NCBI GenBank assembly: GCA_964016885.1
Contig: OZ024753.1
Span: 2,790,001 to 2,854,000 of the forward strand
DNA: 64,000 nucleotides
Origin: Eledone cirrhosa
Taxonomy: Eukaryota
Direction: 5' to 3'
Positions 52,768-64,000 of the stretch are shown here, in pieces. Within the stretch, counting starts at the first letter, position 1. Each line of letters starts with the position of its first letter. Made by a program: the position numbers and the translations under genes. The notes below the pieces were generated by a model. The model searched no databases. It saw only the letters and a program-made list of their open reading frames with translations, and was not told the origin of the DNA.

Positions 52768-53090
52768 TTAACCCTTTAGCATCTAAACCGGCCAGATCCG
52801 GCCAGAATTCTCTCTCCTCTCTCTGTTCAAACTGGCCGTAACTGGCCACACATACTGACTTTAATGTATTGCTCTCAAAATACATCACATCAAAATCTCA
52901 TAGATTCAATTTCATGTGAGAGAATTATGTAAGATAAAGCCTTTACTACAAAAATACAATAGTATATATAGAGTAATGTAAACACTAAAGGGTTAACCCT
53001 TTAGCATCTAAATTGGCCAGATCCGGTCAGAATTCTCTCACCTCTTTCTGTTCAAACTGGTTCTAAGTGGCTGCTCATACTGATGTTAAG
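52768..53090. mobile_element. piggyBac-type MITE plus a partial second copy sharing one TTAA
   Basis: Full copy 52768-52996; the second copy starts at the same TTAA (52993). Confidence 0.8.
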
Positions 53091-53684
53091 GATTAAATCA
53101 GTTTTGAAATTACAGCACAGTGACTCAGGGCAAAAGTATGTTTTGAGTTTTTAGATGATAGATTTAATCTATCCTCCAGTTTAAGGCCACTATCTTGTCT
53201 TAAATACTGCATACACTCATGTATAAGTCAAACCTATATTGTACATACAGGAGCATCTGGCTTGTCTGAGCACTTGGTGGAATGCAAGAATATAAATAAG
53301 CAAGATGCAGGCCCCTGGTCTTTATGAAAGGTCAGTACCTCCACTTAAGTATGGACTCAGTGAGTGACAACCTGTCCAACCCTTGCTAGCTGAGAAAATT
53401 ATATGTTAAATGGTGATGGTGATGATTACAATGTATATATGATTGATTTTAATTGAAGAGCTGGAGGTCCAGTAATTAAGCCACATGCTGGTGTCAATAA
53501 TAATTGTTTCTACTTTTGGCACAAGGCCAGCAATTATCCCAGTGTATTACTGGTACTTTATTTTATCGACCCCGTAAGGATGAAAGGCAAAGTTAACCTC
53601 GGCGGGATTTTAAATCAGATCATAAAGGGCCGTAACTCTATGCTAAAAAGAATGGTGTCTGACTCTACCAATACTGCCAATCCA

Positions 53685-54020
53685 ATAATAATAAAAATTA
53701 TTGTGTACAGTGCTCAGGTGTACTTCAACTCATCAAAGGTGCATGTATAGTACATAGAATAATGTACAAATGTCAGGAAAGTGAACAGTGTATGAGTTAT
53801 GATATATACACAGATATATGTGTGCGTGTGTATGGAGGCAGAATATCAGGTGTAGTGTTGGCGAATTTCGAGAAACATGGAAGTTTTGAAGGATGCAGTA
53901 TCCAGATAGTTTGTTCCATGCTTCAGCAACTCTGAGCGTGAAAAAATGTTTCTGAAAGTCTTGGGAGCTGTGCTGTTTTCTGATTTTGTAAGCATGTCCA
54001 TGAGTGTTTGTCACATGAGT
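53685..54020 (-). mobile_element. CR1-like LINE 3' end
   Basis: TNTHGHAYKIRKQHSSQDFQKHFFTLRVAEAWNKL, with the same 3' UTR as 27865-28106. Confidence 0.8.
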
Positions 54021-55725
54021 GTTATGTCATGAGTTTTCTGAATCTCAGCAGGAGTAAATGAAAGTTACAGAACTCTACCTCAAGATAGGAGTAACTTATA
54101 AGAGAAAGTTGAATGTTGGGAAGGATTTAATGTTTTGCTTATCAAAAAATACCTGCAGTTAAATAGGAATACACAGACAATGAAACGAAAACTTTATATT
54201 GTATACATTAGGCTTATTTTCAGTTTACATTGTGAAAAATATTCTGTTGTTAAAGAGTGTCTCCTGAAATATTTATAAACATATTCTATTTCCTGAAGAT
54301 ATTTATAAATGTATGTAGAAACCAAAATAAATAACATAAAATGCAATAAAGTGAAAGGAAATAAACACAATTTAAAACAGTTTAATGATTTAATAATGGC
54401 ATATATCATGTGTATATATTCCTCTCGGAGAAAACAATACATTAAATATTCATATTTTCTAATTGTCTCTGAATAATGAGATGGTTGTTTTTGTTGTTCA
54501 TCTTCATCTTCATCATCATCATTATTTAACATCCATTTTCTCTGTTAGCAAGGGTTTGTTTGACATGTCAACAGATTAGGTCACTATCCAAGCAGGGCTA
54601 ACCTCTCAGAATGGCTGGAGCTCTGCATCTCAATTACATAAGTTATCACACTCTGACAAGTGCTCATGTTCAATTGGCCCAAGGCCTCGCATCATGCTTA
54701 CATACAATCCTGTACTCCAGTGATCATATTTTATCATGTCAACAAAACTGACCTTTTTTGGGGAAGGTTTTCTATGGTTTGATGCCTGTTCTATCATAAA
54801 CCACTTTGCAGATTGTACTGGGTGTGTTTATGAGAAAATTGGTGCTATTAAAATCTTGGGATACAAAAGAAATAGGCCAATGACTTTTCAAAAATACCCG
54901 TAGTATTATCAATTTGAAAGAGTTACAGTATCAACTTTCTAACACACTACTACAGGGGCAGTAGAACATTTCTGAATTGGGGTAGGAGTGGGGTGAGGGG
55001 GCAAATTTGGTCAATTTAGTTGTAATGATTAGTTTAGCTCTTTGCTCTCTAAAATGATCAGAAAATGCAATTTGAGTCCAAGCAGGTCATATTACATTTA
55101 CAGCTTTCAATAATTATGAAGTAATTATAGCAAAATGACCTATGAAATTTGTCTCTGAGTACACATACTAGCAATTGGCAAATAGTAATATGTGGAGAAA
55201 AAGTTATGACATGACAAAGAAATTTACTAAGAAGTTTAACATAATATTTTACAAGATATAAAAGACTTCGATATGCTATAAACATAACATGTACATAAAT
55301 TGTAGCACATATACAAATAGATGTGGGTTTTGGTAGTTTGGGGAGAAAAAATATAATTATTAGAGGAGCCATGGCCCACCTGCCCCTCTACTACCATTCC
55401 ATAATATTCACTACATTCTGAGACAACACGTGTAACTAAAGTTTTTTATCATATACATTTTTTAAATAAATTTTTTTCACAGTTTAGGACAGAAGTCTCT
55501 AATGCAATAACAAGCATCTTTTCAAGATATCGCTTCAGAAAACCTTCCTAGTTGTATAGTCCACCTTAAAATTCTCAACTCTATAAGTCTTATAGAATGA
55601 AATAGGCTATCTTTATTGAAGTGGTTATCAACTAACCTCCTGATACCTAACTCATCCAGCATTTAAATGTAGGTGAGATTTATTTTGACTTTGGAAATGC
55701 TGTCAAAAATATGTTTCATATTTTG

Positions 55726-55783
<58 letters not shown>

Positions 55784-55794
55784 ATGTATTATGG

Positions 55795-56185
55795 GGGTGA
55801 TGAATTTATAGAATTGGTTAGGAGTCGGACACCATGCTTTACAGCATAGAGTTCAGGCTCCTTACGTTTTGAGTTCAAATCACATTGAGGTTAGTTTTGC
55901 CTTTCATCCTTACGGGGTCAATAAAATAAACCACCAGTAATGCACTGGGGTCGATTTAATTGACTTTCCCCTCCCTCAAGTTGCTGGCTTTAAGGCGGTG
56001 GATTGGCAGTATCAGTAGAGGGTCGGACGTCATGCTTTGCAGCAAAGATCTACGGCCCTTTATGGTCTGAGTTCAAATCCCACCGAGATTAACTTTGCCT
56101 TTTATCCTTACGGGGTCGATAAAATAAAGTACCAGTAATACACTGGAATAATTGCTGGCCTTGTGCCAAAAGTAGAAACAATTAT
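55795..56185 (+). mobile_element. Two tandem SINE family A copies
   Basis: ggcggtggattggcagtatc..gagttcaaatccc..ggccttgtgccaaaagtagaaacaatt. Confidence 0.85.
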
Positions 56186-58606
56186 TAACCCTTCTGTCTA
56201 AAGACTATATCCCTACACCTATCTTAATGTGTCATCTGCCTAGAGACTTGAATAAATACTAGGGGCAACCACTGTCTGGAAGGCATTGTTTATCTTCCCT
56301 TGTGTTAGAATGATGCATGTGACATAGTATGGTTTGATGGCTTGAATTCTTGATATTGTAGAATGGAAATCTAGAAACTACAAACTCAGCTAAGTTATTC
56401 TTTTACAGCTAAATTATTCTTATTAATATCACAGATTTGATGTGGAATTGCTTTAGTTTATTTGTTACTTTATTGCTGTATTAACGATGGAATACACTGT
56501 ATATCAATTAATTTGTGAAGAATTTTGCAGGTTGTATTGAAATTATTATTTCATTACGATGATAGTAACTTAACATATGGTTTTTATATGAAAGTATTTT
56601 GAAAGATTATAATTTAAATAGGAACTGCTTTAAAATGTATGATTATAGATATACATATAAAAATGGTGTGCTCATGCATGGAGATGCTATAAAATAGCTA
56701 ATATAACGAGGTGACCAATTAAGTCTACCATTCAAGTATGCCATAGTAAGATTTGAAGTCAGAATACAAAGAGCCAGAAAAAATACTGCAAAGCATTGCA
56801 TCCAATACCCTAAGAATTATGGCAGCCCACTGTCTCAAGACTGACACTTTATTGATCTTCAGAAGTACGACTTGTAGACAGAAGCTATAAAGCTGGAATG
56901 AACACTGCTCAGCATTTAATTTTACGCACTATTGCTTTGACCAATTCACCACCTATATGTTGTAAATTGCTTGTTTCCTAGAACTGCAATACATAATTCA
57001 ACAATAGAGTTCATGGTAATTATTAATTCAAATAGTTTTGAGATATGAAATAAAAGTAATCCTCTATATCAGAGCAGATTATTTGTCAGTATTAATGACA
57101 TAATTACCTTGGATGTAGGTAATAGAACTATGTCTAATGATAAATCTATTTAATAGAATTATCATTAATGTGAGAGTGTTGAAGACTGGTGGATTAAATA
57201 TATCACAGTATTTAGTGACGTCACCAACAATTTCAGTTGATATCCCACACAACTGTAGACTTTGTCTTTCAAATGCTTCAGTTAATAATATAAAAGCCAC
57301 TCATTTCCAGAGTCAATTAAATCAACTCAATTCCTCCTTGTGCCAATGTGAGAAATTATAATTTACTTAAAAGTGGCATACACCATTTAATTTCATTGCT
57401 TAACACTATACATTCGAATCATAGTTTAAAGTGAAATTTTCTTTTCAGTAATTTAATGGTAGATACATATATAAATTTAATGGGGCAACAGTAAATATAA
57501 AGGTCATCTGAAAAAACATACTCTTTTCCCAATAGAATGTTGCCATTTAGTTAACTAAAAGAACTGATAGTTACAATGACTTGTCTCATATAAGTGTGAT
57601 AAATAGTAATACATATATCAAATGTTAGTGGTATCCATTAAGAAGTAAATAATTCTACTAACTTTACCGTAAAAGCAAATAGTAGTTTTGACATTCATTC
57701 TTTATCCTAACATTAGAAAAGTAAATTATGTAAATTATTTCAAAGTTTGATACAAACACAGTTTCTTTACAACATAAAGGCAGCCTTTCAATGCCACTGT
57801 GTCTAAAAGATTATATGCAAATTATAATAGAATATAAAGTCTCCTAAATCATAAAACTCACATGGACTTCTTCTGTGAGAATAAAAAGTAATTTGTTTAG
57901 GTAAAATACTGTGAGTGAATTTGAATTTATATGAACTTGATATGGTTCCTTTTGAGTAAAATCAATTAAATTAAGATGTGGTCTCTGTTTAATGCGAATA
58001 CATAAAATAAGAAAACAACAGCAAAAACATAATGTTGTAATCTCAAAATTTACCCCATACACCAAAAAACAACAATAACAACAAATAACATGAAATTAAA
58101 GCGGCTTATGGTATTTTTCAAACTGTTTAATGTTTTGAGTTCAAACCATGCTAGGTTGTCATGTTATGAGTTTAGTCAAGTTAAGTGACCATATCTTGCT
58201 CATACTGTCTATTTTAGGGACATTTCTAATTTTCTTTTTCTTTTTACAGATGGATGCACTTTCTAATGCCATTTTATTATTTGGGAAATTTTTCATTGTT
58301 CTTTTATTACATCCTCTGTTTTTTTTTTTTTTTACACGCAGAAATGCCCATTTGTACCGTCCTGTATTGTCCTGTACTGTCCTTAATGTCTACATTGTGT
58401 AAACCCTTGCTGGCCTTGTGCCTAAAGTAGAAACAATTATTATTATTATTATTATCTATCTTTATTTACACACCCTTTATATGCTTTCTACTTCTACTAT
58501 TCTTAATTTATGCACCACCCCTCTCTTCTATATTCTCATTCACTAGGACACACAAACTATATGCCCCTGCCTTTTCATATATATATATGTAGCAAATAAA
58601 ATCATA

Positions 58607-58749
58607 GTTTAGTATTTCTGAAGAAGATGGTTGAGCAAATGGGAATTTTGAGACTAGAAATAGGTAGTATCCTAACCACTACCATGCTAGTTGATACATT
58701 GATCTTCCACAATCAATCGACCCTCTGAAACGATCGTAAAACAATGAAC
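58607..58749 (+). ncRNA. Hammerhead ribozyme with long loop II, same architecture as 37011
   Basis: gtttagtattt-CTGAAGA(58618-58624)-agatggttga...tcgaccctct-GAAA(58727-58730)-C-GATC-G-TA-aaacaatgaac; preceded by a (TA)n tract. Confidence 0.65.
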
Positions 58750-58889
58750 TAATTAACTACCTCTGACTTCTGTCTTCTTTTTATTGTTCTATGCACAAAC
58801 ACACACATACATGTATATATAAATTCCCTCACAAGACATTGGCTAATCATAGGCATTAGTAGATCCTTGGCACATATTGGCAGGTAGGG

Positions 58890-59440
58890 ATTTATATGTT
58901 TCACCTTCAGATTTAAGGTAGCAAAGGTGGGGAAGAGGAAGAGAGAAGAGTCAGGATCATACTGGTAGGTTTGAGCCATCATCTCCAGTACAGCATGTCA
59001 CCAGTTATCTCAACCCTGCGTCATCCAATTTGTAAGGTTCTGCTGCATGAGGTCAGCCTTTACCACATCATTCCAGGTTTTCCTATCTCTTCCCTTTCCA
59101 TAGATTCCATCAACTTTGAACATTCTGCCATTTTTTTAAATAATAGCTATCCTCTTCATACGTAACATATCCTACAAACAAAATCTCCTCTCCTGCAAAT
59201 TGCATCTGATCCCAATTATGCACAATATATCTCTCAGCTCCTTGATATTTTGTAATTCATATACAGTGTATGGTTACCTTATTTCTTTCCAATCTTCATA
59301 TGTCCTTTGCACACAAAACTTAAGTCTTCTATGCAGCATTGTTGTTCACACACAAGCTTAATACAATGGCTTTCACTCTGAGGGAGAAGCCTTTTTATAG
59401 CCAGTAGTAGTGGCTCCTTGAACTTTCCCAGCTGGTCTCA
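58890..59440 (-). mobile_element. Highly decayed RTE fragment
   Basis: Minus-strand relics similar to the C-terminal part of 30832-32281 (GFSLRVK, GKPGMMW-like frames). Confidence 0.5.
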
Positions 59441-60052
59441 ACTCTGGCTACTGTGTGTGTGTGTTAAACAATGATGATATTGATGATATATACACATATA
59501 GATAATTACACATAGATATACATATATACACATACACACACACACATATTTATTCTCTATCTTTAATTCAGGCAAACCTTCATAGCCTTCAGCCCTATAA
59601 ATATAAAGATATGATAATATAAATTGACACACTTTCACTGACTGGAAAGATAAATATGAGACCAATTTTAGCAACCAATATATCAATAATATAGATCATT
59701 TACTCTAGTAATGTTAAATCACTGCCATTGTCATCATCATCACCATTATCATCACCATTATCATCATTATTAAAGTGTTGCTTAGGGCGATGGATTGGCA
59801 GGACCGAGAGAGTGTCAGACACCAAGCTTTGCAGCATAGAGTTACATCCATTTATGTTCTGTGTTCAAAACCTGCTGAGGTTAGCTTTGCTTTTTATCCT
59901 TACAGATTTGATAAAATAAAGTACCAGTAATGCACTGGGGTCGATTTAATTGACTTTCCTCTCCCTAAAATTGCTGGCCTTGTGCTTATATTTGTTGCTG
60001 TTCTTTCTTCTGTTCTAATTATTTGAGGACCTAAAATTCCCTTCTGCAGAGT

Positions 60053-60288
60053 TTAACCCTTTAGCATTTAAACCGGCCATATAAGGCCAGAATTCTATCA
60101 CCTCGTTCTGTTCAAACTGGCCATAACTGACCATTCATACTGATGTTAAGGTATTGTTCTCAAAATAAATAATATCAAAATCTCACAGATTCAATATTAT
60201 GTGAGATAATTATGTGAAATGTGAAGTAAAGCCTTTACTGTGAAAATATAATCGTAAATATGGAGGAATGTAAATGCTAAAGGGTTAA
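60053..60288. mobile_element. piggyBac-type MITE (~235 bp)
   Basis: TTAA|CCCTTTAGCATTTA ... TAAATGCTAAAGGG|TTAA. Copies at about 2485-2698, 9400-9620, 23650-23874, 33619-33856 and 49732-49960. Confidence 0.85.
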
Positions 60289-60502
60289 GTAACTTTCAGA
60301 GTATAATGTTCTGGTTGCTTCTCTTTGGGATTAAATTTTGATTTAAATTTCTTAAGTCGTTTTCAAGCATAATATTAGGACCGAAGAAAGAACAGCAATA
60401 ACAAAAACAAAACAAAGATTACCAGCTTATTTACTTTGTTGTTACCTCATCTTACAGTCCATTTTGCATTGTTTAGCCTTCTATATCCTTCCACATTATA
60501 TA

Positions 60503-60827
60503 TACAGTGTACTCCAAGCATTCGCAGTCCTGGTTATTGGTGGAATTTTCCTTAGAGAACCTAACTAATAATTGTTTGTGGAAACCACCGCATATTCACA
60601 GAATCGCAAATATCTTCCGTGATATTTTTCTGGCTTTTTCATGGCAATAAATATTTTTTTAAATACTAAATTATTAATAACAATATACCATATTTGGCAG
60701 CCTATATTTTACGCTATGTTTTGATGTTTATAGGTATTTTTATGGACCACATCCAATATTTGTCGTTTTTCGCTATTCACGGGTGCTCTAGGAATGAAAC
60801 CCATGTGAATACTGGTGGACAGCTGTA
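60503..60827. mobile_element. Tc1/pogo-type MITE
   Basis: TA|CAGTGTACTCC..GCATTCGC ... GTGAATAC..GGACAGCTG|TA: imperfect TIRs and TA TSD. Confidence 0.55.
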
Positions 60828-61171
60828 TATATATCTATGTCTACATAAACACATACCCACACATATGTATTTTCTATTTTGACCAAGACTGAGCAAGCAG
60901 AAATAAAGTAATTGTTTCATGACAATGTGCACATATTCTCCAGATATGTTTTATATTCTGCTTGATTACATAATTCTGGGATTTTATGATGGAAGACAGT
61001 GTTTAAGACAGTGAAACAGAGCACACTATCTCCTAAAATTCAACTTAAATGTTGTACAATACTCAATGGAAGACTACTAAATACCTAGACTGTTAACTAG
61101 ATACTAACTAATGGAAATTAGAATGGCAAGTTCTAGAAAATGGGTGAATAAATGCAATATCCGGAAGAAAA

Positions 61172-61290
61172 ATGGTGATGATGACAATGATGATAAGTAG
61201 GGTCTAGATGATGATGATGACAATAACAAGTAGGATATAGATGTGTATGATGAGGATGAATGATGATGGCACTGATGATGATGATGGCAC

Positions 61291-61321
<31 letters not shown>

Positions 61322-61616
61322 GATAATGATGATGATAATGATGATGATGACAATAACACGTAGGATATAGATGTGTATGATGATGATGAATGATGGTGCT
61401 GATGATGATGAATGATGGCGCTGATGATGATGATAATGATGAAGATGATGTCGATGATGATGATTATGATGATGATGATGATGATCATCATCATCATCAT
61501 GAATAGGACATAAATGTGTATGATGATGAAGATGACAATAACAAATAGGTCAGAGATGTGTCTGGTGATGATGATGATGATGATGACAATAACAAATAAT
61601 AATAATAATAATAATA
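61172..61616. repeat. (GAT)n/(AAT)n array with recurring gacaataaca..taggatatagatgtgt unit
   Basis: Direct inspection. Confidence 0.9.
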
Positions 61617-61753
61617 AGGAAATTATTGTGTAAAGTGCTCAGGTGCACTACAACCCGTCAAAGGTGTATGTATAGTACATAGAATAATACACAAATGTCA
61701 GGGAAGTACATGTGTGTATGTGTAAGCTGTAGTGTTGGCGGATCTCAGGAAGT

Positions 61754-63647
61754 ATGGAGGCCTTAAAGGATGCAGTGTCTCGACAGCTAACAACTGATGC
61801 AGGTAGTTTGTTCCATGGAGGCCTTAAAGGATGCAGTGTCTTGACAGCTAACAACTGATGCAGGTAGTTTGTTCCATGGAGGCCTTAAAGGATGCAGTGT
61901 CTTGACAGCTAACAACTGATGCAGGTAGTTTGTTCCATGGAGGCCTTAAAGGATGCAGTGTCTTGACAGCTAACAACTGATGCAGGTAGTTTGTTCCATG
62001 GAGGCCTTAAAGGATGCAGTGTCTTGACAGCTAACAACTGATGCAGGTAGTTTGTTCCATGGAGGCCTTAAAGGATGCAGTGTCTTGACAGCTAACAACT
62101 GATGCAGGTAGTTTGTTCCATGGAGGCCTTAAAGGATGCAGTGTCTTGACAGCTAACAACTGATGCAGGTAGTTTGTTCCATGGAGGCCTTAAAGGATGC
62201 AGTGTCTTGACAGCTAACAACTGATGCAGGTAGTTTGTTCCATGGAGGCCTTAAAGGATGCAGTGTCTTGACAGCTAACAACTGATGCAGGTAGTTTGTT
62301 CCATGGAGGCCTTAAAGGATGCAGTGTCTTGACAGCTAACAACTGATGCAGGTAGTTTGTTCCATGGAGGCCTTAAAGGATGCAGTGTCTTGACAGCTAA
62401 CAACTGATGCAGGTAGTTTGTTCCATGGAGGCCTTAAAGGATGCAGTGTCTTGACAGCTAACAACTGATGCAGGTAGTTTGTTCCATGGAGGCCTTAAAG
62501 GATGCAGTGTCTTGACAGCTAACAACTGATGCAGGTAGTTTGTTCCATGGAGGCCTTAAAGGATGCAGTGTCTTGACAGCTAACAACTGATGCAGGTAGT
62601 TTGTTCCATGGAGGCCTTAAAGGATGCAGTGTCTTGACAGCTAACAACTGATGCAGGTAGTTTGTTCCATGGAGGCCTTAAAGGATGCAGTGTCTTGACA
62701 GCTAACAACTGATGCAGGTAGTTTGTTCCATGGAGGCCTTAAAGGATGCAGTGTCTTGACAGCTAACAACTGATGCAGGTAGTTTGTTCCATGGAGGCCT
62801 TAAAGGATGCAGTGTCTTGACAGCTAACAACTGATGCAGGTAGTTTGTTCCATGGAGGCCTTAAAGGATGCAGTGTCTTGACAGCTAACAACTGATGCAG
62901 GTAATTTGTTCCATGGAGGCCTTAAAGGATGCAGTGTCTTGACAGCTAACAACTGATGCAGGTAGTTTGTTCCATGGAGGCCTTAAAGGATGCAGTGTCT
63001 CGACAGCTAACAACTGATGCAGGTAGTTTGTTCCATGGAGGCCTTAAAGGATGCAGTGTCTCGACAGCTAACAACTGATGCAGGTAGTTTGTTCCATGGA
63101 GGCCTTAAAGGATGCAGTGTCTTGACAGCTAACAACTGATGCAGGTAGTTTGTTCCATGGAGGCCTTAAAGGATGCAGTGTCTCGACAGCTAACAACTGA
63201 TGCAGGTAGTTTGTTCCATGGAGGCCTTAAAGGATGCAGTATCTTGGCAGCTAACAACTGATGCAGGTAGTTTGTTCCATGGAGGCCTTAAAGGATGCAG
63301 TGTCTTGACAGCTAACAACTGATGCAGGTAGTTTGTTCCATGGAGGCCTTAAAGGATGCAGTGTCTTGACAGCTAACAACTGATGCAGGTAGTTTGTTCC
63401 ATGGAGGCCTTAAAGGATGCAGTGTCTTGACAGCTAACAACTGATGCAGGTAGTTTGTTCCATGGAGGCCTTAAAGGATGCAGTGTCTTGACAGCTAACA
63501 ACTGATGCAGGTAGTTTGTTCCATGGAGGCCTTAAAGGATGCAGTATCTTGACAGCTAACAACTGATGCAGGTAATTTGTTCCATGGAGGCCTTAAAGGA
63601 TGCAGTGTCTCGACAGCTAACAACTGATGCAGGTAGTTTGTTCCATG
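61754..63647. repeat. 61-bp minisatellite, ~31 near-identical copies, inside a CR1-like LINE 3' end (whole element about 61597-63656, minus strand)
   Basis: Unit atggaggccttaaaggatgcagtgtcttgacagctaacaactgatgcaggtagtttgttcc shifts 1 nt per 60-nt line; a single-copy equivalent lies at about 27905-27966. Confidence 0.95.
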
Positions 63648-64000
63648 CTTTAGCAAGACAGAGATGGGTATAAAGATAATGATCAACATCATCATCATTA
63701 TCATCAACATCATGATGGTAATTGACAGCATTGGCAGTTGAGGTGGAAGCAACGGGGAGGAAAGAGTGTTGGTGATAAAGACAATGATGTTCTCTTAGGT
63801 GATTTAATAAAACCATTTACTATTATTTTGCCCTGAAGCAGACAAAAGATATGTGACATTCAAATATGAAAGAAGCTGAACAATTCCGAGCTATAATTGA
63901 TTCTCAAATTAAACAGTCTAAGGTGGGTGCACTTTTGAAATTTCAAGTATTGGAGTTTAATTTGCATATGTGTAGTTCGACTTCAATCACAACTTGACTT

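Noticed and set aside
57079-57361. Overlapping short ORFs as the missing upstream Ig exon
   Set aside because: No N-V-T..G..A.L.C pattern and no phase-0 donor found.
61754-63647. CRISPR-like regular array
   Set aside because: Units are contiguous with no unique spacers, derive from a LINE 3' end, and lie in eukaryotic DNA with no cas genes.

Overview
AT-rich, repeat-dense metazoan DNA. The (TA)n/(CA)n/(GA)n load, tRNA-derived SINEs and RTE LINEs suggest a mollusc, probably Octopus (inference). The only convincing host coding exon is on the minus strand at 52218-52431 and encodes most of a Dpr/Zig-8-like Ig V-type domain. A candidate 18-nt microexon lies at 28930-28947, so most of the window is probably large intron. 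The remainder is RTE and CR1-like LINE relics, three SINE families, TTAA-flanked piggyBac-type MITEs, Tc1/pogo-type MITEs, microsatellites, and a very homogeneous ~31 x 61-bp minisatellite derived from a LINE 3' end. The most unusual signal is a set of short non-coding elements next to (TA)n tracts that carry minimal type I hammerhead ribozyme motifs (11731, 26009, 37011 plus its mirror copy, 38073 half, 38658, 58607). Five unrelated (TA)n-bounded elements are stacked at 36.8-39.3 kb, each with a fold-back inverted duplication, in several cases centred at the ribozyme motif. This resembles Penelope-like (PLE) pLTR or retrozyme-type non-autonomous elements targeting (TA)n. All calls were made by eye; no database searches or folding computations were run.
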